A stretch of 10,305 bases of DNA from Octopus sinensis (Eukaryota). Where the stretch lies: the NCBI RefSeq assembly GCF_006345805.1, contig NW_021827491.1:1-10305 (forward strand). The letters run 5' to 3'. How positions within the stretch are numbered: the stretch's first letter is position 1; each line of letters opens with the position of its first letter. The notes beneath the pieces were generated by a model that saw only the letters and a list, made by a program, of their open reading frames with translations, had not been told where the DNA came from and ran no database searches. Of this stretch, positions 1-7,948 are shown in pieces. The translations under genes and the position numbers were made by a program.

Positions 1-169
1 ATAATATGACGGGCTTCTTTCAGTTTCCGCCTACCAAATCCACTCACAAGGATTTGGTCGGCCCGAGGCTATAGTAGAAGATACTTGCCCAAGGTGCCAC
101 GCAGTGGGACTGAACCCGGAACCATGTGGTTGGTAAACAAGCTACTTACCACACAGCCACTCCTGCGCC
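1..169 (-). mobile_element. SINE group A (tRNA-derived, CORE-like), 5' half; rest cut off by window start
   Basis: Reverse complement reads GGCGCAGGAGTGGCTGTGTGGTAAGTAGCTTG...GGTTCAGTCCCACTGCGTGGCACCTTGGGCAAGT, near-identical to copies at 959, 3551 and 5095. A-box-like TGGCTGTGTGG and B-box-like GGTTCAGTCC. GCACCTTGGGCAAGT resembles the CORE-SINE motif (recalled). Confidence 0.9.
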
Positions 170-209
170 TGACGTTGAATATCGTGTCACTGACGTTGAA
201 TATGGTGTC
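169..209. repeat. 20-bp tandem direct repeat, period 21
   Basis: CTGACGTTGAATATCGTGTC (169-188) and CTGACGTTGAATATGGTGTC (190-209), 19/20 identical. Confidence 0.9.
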
Positions 210-958
210 GATATTGGCAAAATTTGTTGAGCCTATTGCTGTTAATTTATGGCAAATTTCGGAGTATATACGTTTGCAATTTCAGAGAAGATAGCTATAA
301 AATCTTGGTAAATAAAGATACTTTGAAGTCCCTTAAAGTACAACTGAAAATGATGATCATGTCAAATTTATGTCGAAAAACAGCACGCAACTGACATTAA
401 TGTACGACCTTCTCATATGCGGTATGACATTATAGTTAAAACCGTACACCACGCCGTCTATTTAAATAAAATGACCCTCCTGGATTATATATAGAAAATA
501 ATTCTATTGTTAAATACATACATATGTGTCAACACTAGAAATATTAATGAAATATTACCAGCAAAACGTCTACCAAATGCAAACATATCAGACCTGATAC
601 AGTTGTTCGGAGAGAGAGAAGGAAGATTGTGTATAGACAGAAATGTCGGCTGCTAAGCAGATGTGACGACTTCTTTCAAAATCAGTACGAAGTAGAATAT
701 TTACATACAAATGCTTTGTAATCTGTACTTTTTCAGCAAATAAAAATTCCTATTTATATATATATTATTATTGAGGCATTTAGCCATGTTCGCATATGTT
801 TGTGTCAATCTAAAAAAGCAGGAGTTTTAAGACAAAGAAAGGCGATCATCTAGCGCATGCTTTGTAAATTCAGTCTGAAAGTAAAACAGGAAAAAAATGT
901 GTGTCTTCTGAAGTTCGACTTGTTACTCTTTACTGTTGTTATTCAAATTCCTGTTACT

Positions 959-1363
959 GGCGCAGGAGTGGCTGTGTGGTAAGTAGCTTGTTTACCAACC
1001 ACATGGTTCCGGATTCAGTCCCACTGCGTGGCACCTTGGGCAAGTGTCTTCTACTATAGCCTCGGGCCGACCAAAGCCTTGTGAGTGGATTTGATAGACG
1101 GAAACTGAAAGAAGCCAATCATATATATATATGTGTGTGTGTATATGTTTGTGTATCTGTGTTTGTCCCCCCAACATCGCTTGACAACCGATGCTGGTGT
1201 GTTTACGTCTCCGTAACCTAGCGGTTCAGCAAAAGAGACCGATAGAATAAGTACTAAGCTTACAAAGAATAAGTCCTGGGGTCGATTTCCTCGACTAAAG
1301 GCGGTGCTCCAGCATGGCCACGGTCAAATGACTGAAACAAGTAAAAGAGTAAAAGAGAGAGAG
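959..1363 (+). mobile_element. SINE group A, full length
   Basis: tRNA-like head from GGCGCAGGAGTGG, CORE-like block, internal (TA)/(TG) microsatellite at ~1121-1165, 3' module ending CCAGCATGGCCACGGTCAAATGACTGAAACAA and GTAAAAGA tail repeats. Confidence 0.92.
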
Positions 1364-1436
1364 TTACAGAGCTGGGTTACTTTGTTAGAGACAAGCTCTT
1401 CCATTATAGAAAGAATTCCAATAATTAAAGGGGGGA

Positions 1437-1545
1437 TACATACATACATACAAATATGCAAATATACATACATATTTACATATATACATAAAAACTTGTG
1501 CATACATGTAATTGTGCATACATGTAATGGCACATACACACATGA
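1437..1545. repeat. Degenerate (TACA)n low-complexity tract containing a perfect 16-bp tandem duplication
   Basis: TACATACATACA-type units; TTGTGCATACATGTAA at 1496-1511 and 1512-1527. Confidence 0.8.
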
Positions 1546-1556
1546 ATTTACTACAT

Positions 1557-2171
1557 ATGTGGAAAATCGCTGTGTGTTTCTTTGTGGTGTTGTTAGCTCA
1601 CTCCTCCATTGTTCTATTGATTTTGATTAAACTTGACAGGTGAGTAGAACTCATGTCTAGAAATTTCGTGACATACTTAGATTGTTGAAAAACTCGATAA
1701 TACGGTCCCTTGATGGAACCTTTATATCTGCCTCATATAACAATTTTTTTAAACACACAAGGGAAATAACCCATAGTACCTGTACAATATTTTTTAAACA
1801 CTCAAGGGAAATATCCCATTTCATTGTTTATGTTCGATTACTTTGAATATTGATTTTTTGTGTGTCCTATTTCTAATTTTTACAGACAATATTACTTTTA
1901 TACTTTATTTGACACGTGAGTAGAACTTATGTCTGGCAACCTCGTGACATACTTAGATTGTTGAAAAGAATCGATTATAAGGCCCTTCCAATCGATCCTT
2001 CTATCTACTACATACTAATATTCTATTTAAACAACCCAAGGGAAATATCCCATACCACCTGCAGATTTTAGCGAAGCGATCAATATTTGATTCTCACAAT
2101 CAGCCGACCTAATTCTGCGTTTCTCTTCTCACAGTTTTGAACTGCTAAACATTATTATTGCACTTCCTTAA
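1557..2171 (+). CDS. Speculative 3-exon small ORF (1557-1639, 1886-1915, 2135-2171), 49 aa, hydrophobic
   Basis: ATG at 1557. Donors CAG|GTGAGT (1640) and CAC|GTGAGT (1916). Acceptors TTTTTACAG (1885) and TCTCTTCTCACAG (2134). Spliced frame: MWKIAVCFFVVLLAHSSIVLLILIKLDRQYYFYTLFDTFELLNIIIALP*. No recognised homology, and T-rich DNA biases toward hydrophobic codons. Confidence 0.2.
1633..2065. repeat. Diverged tandem duplication, period ~276 bp
   Basis: Units start TTGACAGGTGAGTAGAACT (1633) and TTGACACGTGAGTAGAACT (1909). Both contain the identical block TCGTGACATACTTAGATTGTTGAAAA and TTTAAACA..CAAGGGAAATA.CCCAT. Unit 1 carries an extra ~46-bp internal duplication of the latter motif (~1744-1820). 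Confidence 0.85.
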
Positions 2172-2479
2172 TTTGAATCTTAAACCTTAAAGACTTCAGT
2201 CATACATTTCTATACATACATACTTTTTTAATGCCCCTTACTCCGATAACACTTCATTTTTACAGTTACACTTTTTCCATGACAGTAGATAAATTTTATA
2301 TTCCACAACATATTTGTAGTAACTTCATGCATGCATAGCGTGGATTCGATCCTCGATTGCCAAATTTCACTTAACACTTGAACAGCGCTCTTCTCGCAGT
2401 GAAACAATAGTTTTTTTCTGTGAATGACAGCAGTTATACATTTCCCAGATGCCTTCGCTAAGCAGAATAATATCTTTGC

Positions 2480-2522
2480 CTCTCGCCAACCTCCGACAAC
2501 TTCTCTCGCAAACCTCCAACAA
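2480..2522. repeat. 20-bp tandem repeat, period 23
   Basis: CTCTCGCCAACCTCCGACAA (2480-2499) and CTCTCGCAAACCTCCAACAA (2503-2522), 18/20 identical. Confidence 0.8.
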
Positions 2523-2637
2523 TCTCTTCCTCCTCCTCCAGCTGAAAGCTATTTGTACTTTATCGTGACGAAAAATACACCCTTTGTGCCAGTTATAACG
2601 AAATTGCTTTCTTATAACTGACTTATAATGCGTTTCA

Positions 2638-2703
2638 AGGAGGAGGAGGAGGAGGGGGGGAGGAGAGGGGGGAGGAGGAGGAGGAAGAGGGGAGGAGGAA
2701 AAG
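2638..2703 (+). repeat. Polypurine (GGA)n-type tract
   Basis: About 65 nt of G and A only, mostly GGA units with G runs. Confidence 0.9.
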
Positions 2704-2802
2704 AAAGCTGTAAATCATGGTGGTAGATGGAGTAGATTTTTAGGGTGATACTGAGTGACCTCACAGCTATTCTACCTGTTGTGGCATCTGTAATAGTAAC
2801 GC

Positions 2803-2861
2803 GGGGTGGGGACGTTGTCGGAAACCTGTAAGATGGTGGGGCAGCGGGGGACGGCGGGGGG
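2803..2861 (+). other. Potential G-quadruplex-forming sequence
   Basis: Five G runs of 4 or more: 2803-2806, 2808-2811, 2838-2841, 2846-2850, 2856-2861. Confidence 0.5.
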
Positions 2862-3025
2862 AGACGGTCTGTTGAAGCAGGTTGGAGCGGAAGTACAGAC
2901 TGCTATTTAAAGCATATCTCGTGATTACAGGAAGGCAGGCTTCAACAGCCGGACAGGCAAACAGACAGATGACGATAAAAATATAGATAAATCGAAAGAC
3001 GTGCCTACATATGTTTTCATACGGA

Positions 3026-3287
3026 ACACATACACACACACATATGCGCACAGACACACAAACACATACACACACATACACATATGCGCACAGCCACACA
3101 AACACACACATACACACACACACACACACACACATATGCGCACAGACACACAAACACACACACATACACACACACATGCGCACAGACACACAAACACACA
3201 CATATGCGCACGCACACACATATGCGCACAGACACACAAACACACACACACACACATATGCGCGCAGACACACAAACACACACAACA
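3026..3287. repeat. Compound CA-rich minisatellite with 7 CA(TA)TGCGC-anchored units
   Basis: Unit CATATGCGCACAGACACACAAACA plus variable (CA)n; anchors at about 3041, 3081, 3133, 3175, 3201, 3219 and 3255. Confidence 0.92.
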
Positions 3288-3550
3288 TAGGTGAGTGAAG
3301 TTATGTATTTAGAGACGAAAAAATAGTATTCAACATACAAAGTGAAGTTTGAATACTCTATGAGTAACTGAAGGTTCTTGAATTGTTACTCTGAGTTTCG
3401 TGATTAAAGAAGTGGGGCAGTGTGACAGCATATAAGCAAAAATATTCATAAGCACATCTAAATATGATTAATCAACGAAATTTGACAGGTTGCCAAAAAA
3501 CAAAAAAGACTGCTAGAAAATGCTGAAGATTTCATCTTACTCTGCCCATA

Positions 3551-3953
3551 TACTCTACTCTTTTTACTCTTTTACTTGTTTCAGTCATTTGACTGTGGCC
3601 ATGCTGGAGCACCGCAAATCGATCCCAGGACTTATTCTTAGTAAACCTAGTACTTATTCTATCGGTCTCTTTTGCCGAACCGCTAAGGTACGGGGACGTA
3701 AACACACCAACATCGGTTGTCAAGCGATGTTGGGGGAACAAACACAGCCACACAAACATATGCACACACACACACACACACATATATATATACATATACA
3801 TATATACCACGGGCTTCTTTCAGTTTCCGTCTACCAAATCCACTCACAAGGCTTTGGTCGGCCCGAGGCTATAGTAGAAGACACTTGCCCAAGGTGCCAC
3901 GCAGTGGGACTGAACCCGGAACCATGTGGCTGGTAAGCAAGCTACTTACCACA
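3551..3953 (-). mobile_element. SINE group A, near full length; 12-bp internal deletion and missing extreme 5' end
   Basis: Aligns to 959-1363 in reverse. At 3615/3616 CACCGC joins AAATC, lacking the CTTTAGTCGAGC seen in the 5095 copy. Head stops at CTTACCACA. Confidence 0.92.
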
Positions 3954-3970
3954 TAACTATTAATGATAAG

Positions 3971-4097
3971 GGTATAGCCGTGATAATGTGGTAAATTTGG
4001 TTCTTAACTATATGGTTCCGGATTCAGATCCCCTGCTTGGGCCCTTCAAATGTCTTCTACTAAAGTTCTGGGCTGACCAAAATCATGTGGATGGATT
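3971..4097 (+). mobile_element. Old degenerate SINE group A 5' fragment
   Basis: TGTGGTAA...ATGGTTCCGGATTCAG...TGTCTTCTACTAAAG...GGGCTGACCAAA...TGGATT is collinear with the group A head and core. Confidence 0.75.
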
Positions 4098-4153
4098 GGG
4101 GCTAGTCTTTTACCAATAAACTAATATTTGGGGATGGTCATTTTACCAATAAA
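4095..4153. repeat. Short tandem duplication, period 33
   Basis: TTTTACCAATAAA at 4108-4120 and 4141-4153, each preceded by TTGGGG.T.GTC. Confidence 0.7.
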
Positions 4154-4219
4154 GACATACACTATTTATTCGCTTTACTTTTATCATTTGTTTATTTGTT
4201 GGAGTTCTTTCGTCACATA

Positions 4220-4587
4220 CCGTAAATCCTCGAGTATAGTCCGCCCTTGAGTATAATACGCAGGAGATTTTTAGGGGGCTGTACCTCTGAAAATCCTAAA
4301 CCTTGTGTATAACACGCACTCCTTCTCTAACTTGAGTCGTGCATAATTAAGCCAGCAGCACCTACTCGAACAAACACTTCCGCGCATGCGTAATGCAATA
4401 ATGGTGATGTTCTTAACTGTTATATGGGAATGTAAATATGTTTGCAAATGGTTTTTGTTACACGTTATTCTGTGTTCTGAATACTTTTATTTTAATAAAT
4501 GTTCCTTACTGCTGCATGGTATGGAGGATTCTTTTATGGCTTCATTGCTTTCAGAAGAAGAAGAAGGAGGTCTATACGAGATGATTT
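4220..4587. mobile_element. Probable Tc1/mariner-superfamily (Tc2/pogo-like) non-autonomous DNA transposon relic
   Basis: TA followed by CCGTAAATCCTCGAGTATAGTCCGC, with subterminal repeats GAGTATAGTCCGC (4232), GAGTATAATACGC (4249) and GTGTATAACACGC (4305). This matches the recalled TA|CCGTA...TATAnnnCGC end architecture. Only a weak right-TIR-like match, GAGGTCTATACGAGATGATTT at ~4567-4587; the right boundary is uncertain. Confidence 0.5.
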
Positions 4588-4597
4588 CTCAGGATGA

Positions 4598-4902
4598 GTG
4601 TTTGTCCCTTCTCGAACCATGCCTGGCTCATAAGGGCCAGTTTTCCCGGTTTCATTGGCGTATAGGTTCCCCACCTGGACGGGACGCCGGTCCGTCGCAG
4701 GTGAGCTGCAAGATGTAGGAGGAAAGAGTGAGAGATAATTGTGGCGAAAGAGTCAGCAGAAGTTCGCCATTACCTTCTGCCGGAGCCGCGTGGAGCTTAA
4801 GTGTTTCGCTCATCAACACACACATCACCCGGTCTGAGATTCGAACCCGCGATCCTTCGACCGCGACTCCGCTGCTCTAACCACTGGGCCATGTGCCTCC
4901 AC
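4598..4902 (-). mobile_element. SINE group C, tail type 1 (RTE-like tail), full length with TSD
   Basis: Minus strand starts GTGGAGGCACATGGCCCAGTGGTTAG. A-box TGGCCCAGTGG (4881-4891) and B-box GGTTCGAATCT (4837-4847). TSD TCTCAGGATGA (4587-4597) / TCTCAGGCTGA (4903-4913), 10/11. The RTE assignment of the tail is recalled resemblance only. Confidence 0.88.
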
Positions 4903-4948
4903 TCTCAGGCTGATTACAGCAGCTTACGGTGTCGTTTAAAACAACACA

Positions 4949-5060
4949 TCCGCCGGGGCTAACTTTGCCTTTCATCCTTTAGGGATCACTGGGGTCGATT
5001 TAACCGACTAACCCTCTCCTCCGAAATCGTTAACCTTGTGCCAAAACTGAAAGCTAATAT
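4949..5060 (+). mobile_element. SINE group B 3' fragment with internal deletion, tail type 2
   Basis: TCCGCCGGGGCTAACTTTGCCTTTCATCCTTT...CACTGGGGTCGATTTAACCGACT...CCTTGTGCC matches the group B central block and the tail of the 6692 copy. Confidence 0.75.
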
Positions 5061-5094
5061 AAAAGTTGCTTCAGTGACTGTCATACCCACTGCA

Positions 5095-5507
5095 TTACTC
5101 TTACTCTTATACTCTTATACGTGTTTCAGTCATTTGACTGCGGCCATGCTGGAGCACCGCCTTTAGTCGAGCAAATCTACCCCAGGACTTATTCTTTGTA
5201 AAATAGTACTTATTCTATCACTCTCTTTTGCCGAACCGCTAAGTGACGGGGGACGTAAACACACCAGCATCGGTTGTCAAGCGATGTTGGGGGGACAAAC
5301 ACAGACACACAAACATATACACACACGCATATATATACATATATACGATGGGCTTCTTGCAGTTTCCGTCTACCAAATCCACTCACAAGGCTTTGGTTGG
5401 CCCGAGGCTATAGTAGAAGACACTTGCCCATGGTGCCACGCAGTGGGAATGAACCCGGAACCATGTGGTTGGTAAGCAAACTACTTATCACACAGCCACT
5501 CCTGCAC
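5095..5507 (-). mobile_element. SINE group A, full length
   Basis: Reverse-complement match to 959-1363 throughout, with TACTCT tail repeats at 5095-5125. Confidence 0.92.
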
Positions 5508-5726
5508 AAAATATTTATTGTTCCATAAATGATGCTCCATAGATGACTTCTTTATACAATAACAGAATATTCTGCTTTATATGAGAGCAGAATATTCTAT
5601 GCTGTCGATAAGGTAAGTAAATTTTGTAGGTCTTCGCTGACGAGACGAACTCGATTTTTTTCCGTACATCGAAAGCATAGAAACCACTCTTTCCGCACAT
5701 GGGAAATATAGAAGGAATTTGTTTAT

Positions 5727-6374
5727 TTATTATATAAAATCCGTTCTGTCTGTCTGTGTGTGTGTCTTCTAAGATCTCGGACATCCTCCATCCGATTGCG
5801 CTCAAATTTGATATGTAGATACCGACAGTATCAGGGGATCTAAGGCGGCGACCTGGCAGAAACGTTAGCACGCTGGGCGAAATGCGTAGCCGTATTTCGT
5901 CTGCCGTTACGTTCTGAGTTCAAATTCCACCGAGGTCGACTTTGCCTTTCATCCTTTCAGGGTCGATTAAATAAGTACCAGTTACGCACTGGGGTCGATA
6001 TAATCGACTTAATCCGTTTGTCTGTCCTTGTTTGTCCTCTCTGTGTTTAGCCCCTTGTGGGTAGTAAAGAAATAGGTATCAGGGCGTGTATAAGTCTTGA
6101 AAAAATTACTAAAATCGATTCCAGGTGAGAATACGATCGATAAAGCCGTAGGAACGTGCATTTGTAAAATCGTTTTTCTTCGAATAGAAAAAAGTCTATC
6201 TTTATTTCCTCTTTTCCTGGTGTCTCAAATTTAGGTTAAATCAGTGTTTCTCAAAGGGGAGGCCTATGGGACGGTCGGACAAGTTGTTTTGAGAAAATTT
6301 GGTTTAAATGTTTGACAACTCAGCACCGTCCATTGGACGGGAGGCGTTTTGCTCGTATTCTTATAATTTACTAG
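5727..6374 (+). mobile_element. Probable non-autonomous Helitron/Helentron-type relic, interrupted by a SINE
   Basis: 5' TATTATATAAAAT followed by a CTGT/TG microsatellite and CCGATTGCGCTCAAATTTGATATG, the layout recalled for HINE/Lep1-like elements. 3' GC hairpin CCGTCCA-T-TGGACGG (6326-6340) and CTAG at 6371-6374. The hairpin-to-CTAG distance (~30 nt) is longer than typical. Confidence 0.45.
5837..6075 (+). mobile_element. SINE group B, tail type 1, full length with TSD
   Basis: GGCGGCGACCTGGCAGAAACGTTAGC head (5844), B-box-like GAGTTCAAATTCC, central GCCTTTCATCCTTTCAGGGTCGAT block. Perfect 9-bp TSD GTATCAGGG (5828-5836 / 6076-6084). Confidence 0.92.
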
Positions 6375-6402
6375 CAAAGTTAAGGCTTTCTAACGCAAAC
6401 GT

Positions 6403-6430
6403 GTATGTATGCTTGTGTGTGTGTGTGTGC
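6403..6430. repeat. (TG)n microsatellite
   Basis: GTATGTATGCTTGTGTGTGTGTGTGTGC. Confidence 0.8.
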
Positions 6431-6691
6431 TTTGACATCACTCCACTAACAGTGTCAACTGGTAGCTGACCATTGCCTACAACAGAAAAACCTTCAGCAA
6501 ACTGCGATACTTAGACTGTTTTTTTTTAAGTGAAACTCTGATTTTAGCAGAAAGATGAAATTGTTCCTTTCATCTCCAAATACAGATTTCTTTGAAGTAT
6601 GTTCTTAACTCAACAGCAAGCCTACCCTTTTGGGGTGACGGATAGAATTTGCCTGATATGAGACTGTGACTGCCTCCCACAGTGATGTTAG

Positions 6692-6922
6692 TATTCTTTT
6701 CTACGCTAGGCACAAGGCCCGAAATTTTGAGGGAAGGAGCCAGTCGATTAGATTGACCCCAGTACACAACTGGTATTTATTTCTCGACCCCGAACGGAGG
6801 GGGAAAAACAAAAAGTAGGCAAAGTCGACCTCGGCGGAATTTGAACTCAGTACGTAAAGACAGACGAAATACCGCTAAGCATCTCGCCCGGCGTGCTAAC
6901 GTTTCTGCCAGCTCGCTGCCTT
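6692..6922 (-). mobile_element. SINE group B, tail type 2, with internal insertion
   Basis: Head and central block match 5844-5960 in reverse. Tail reads GGGCCTTGTGCCTAGCGTAGAAAAGAATA on the minus strand. Extra G/A-rich ~17 nt at ~6799-6816. Confidence 0.88.
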
Positions 6923-7414
6923 ACCTCTGAGATTTTGTAAGACACAAACGAAAACCTCAAATGCAAGTCTGTGAGACAATACGCACTCGCTTTATGCTTT
7001 CAGCATAGTTTGCTTCAAGATCTCTGCCTCTCCACATCCTTTGGCAATATCACACACAGGCCTTATCGCTGAGTGCTAAGTTGAGTAGCAACTCAAAAGT
7101 AAAATGAGCAATCTTGCCACCTGTGAGCAAAGATGCAACAATTCTAGATAAGGACATTGCAACAGAAATCTACTTGTGTGAGCGAATTTTGTCAAAATTA
7201 AATTGATAAAAATAGTTGTGCTTGCTACACTAGAAGCATCAAGGAAAACTATTTCTCTCGAGTCAAATGTCAAAAATTGTTAAGTATTTTTTAATTTAAG
7301 TAAATTTTTTATCATGAGCCAAGTATAATTCATTTTGGTGGACATACTATTCCAGTTGTTGAATGCCATAGCTGTTGTCTAAAGAATCTCTCAACTCTGA
7401 GTTGCAGCTGCGGT

Positions 7415-7476
7415 CTTCTTCTTCTTCTTCTTCTTCTTCTTCTTCTTCTTCTTCTTCTTCTTCTTCTTCTTCTTCT
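7415..7476. repeat. (CTT)20 microsatellite forming the 3' tail of the SINE
   Basis: 20 perfect CTT units at 7415-7474 plus CT. Confidence 0.95.
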
Positions 7477-7948
7477 CAGGATTCGTGCCTTTAACCACAA
7501 AGAATAATGTCTAATTCGAGCCTACTCTAAGCTACTAAGAATGTGGCAACTTGAAGATCCACCCACCACACGCGATAGACGGTGGTTGCACGGGAGCGAA
7601 AGCAACGTCGTTATCCTCATTCCGTAAATGGTGGCTTTTAACGGGTGGAGAGCTGAATCATCCTGGGGTACAGAGGATTCGCAATCTAGACTAGGGTCTG
7701 AACGTTTACCACACCATAGTGGGTTACACCATGGTTCTTCTGCTTTGTGACAGAAGTAGGAAGAAAGAGTGAGAGAAAGTTGTGGTGAAAGAGTACAGTG
7801 GGGTTCACCCCCACCCTCGCGTCGGAGCCTCGTGGAGCTTAGGTGTTTTTGCTCAATAAATACTCACAATGCCCGGTCTGGAAATTGAAACCACGTTCTT
7901 ACGACCTCGAGTCCGCTGCCCTAACCACTGGGCTATTGCGCCTCCACC
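7415..7948 (-). mobile_element. SINE group C, tail type 2 (279-nt tail plus (AAG)20), full length with TSD
   Basis: Group C head and core at 7756-7948. TSD GCAGCTGCGGT (7404-7414) / GCAGCTGTGGT (7949-7959) encloses head, long tail and trinucleotide repeat as one insertion. Confidence 0.88.

Noticed and set aside
3026-3287. Repeat-spacer-like periodicity (CRISPR-like)
   Set aside because: The spacers are just (CA)n, the context is eukaryotic, and there are no cas genes.
2767-3340. Long C/V- and H/T-rich ORFs, including a signal-peptide-like FIYIFIVICLFACPAVEA stretch on the minus strand
   Set aside because: The frames stay open because of the CA minisatellite. The hydrophobic stretch has no start codon outside the repeat and no good acceptor site.
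3325-3391. Two adjacent short inverted repeats (AGTATTCAA/TTGAATACT, 9 bp; GAGTAAC/GTTACTC, 7 bp)
   Set aside because: Short, AT-rich and long-looped; within chance expectation.
4386-4718. 110-aa ORF with EEEE run
   Set aside because: Chimeric across the transposon relic and the antisense SINE C tail.
4830-4902. tRNA-like sequence with good A and B boxes (also at other SINE heads)
   Set aside because: I could not build a full cloverleaf; it continues into SINE core and is bounded by TSDs.
992-5528. Recurring peptide ...GFGRPEAIVEDTCPRCHAVGLNPEPCGW in ORFs 992-1177, 3520-3936 and 5284-5475, and related ORFs 85-294, 3717-3956 and 5274-5528
   Set aside because: These are antisense translations of SINE A copies, not a gene family.
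5595-5683. CTGACGA (5637-5643) ... GAAAGCATAGAA pairing with TTCTATGCT, hammerhead-like
   Set aside because: The cleavage-site base would be G, stem II has only ~2 bp, and no stem I forms.
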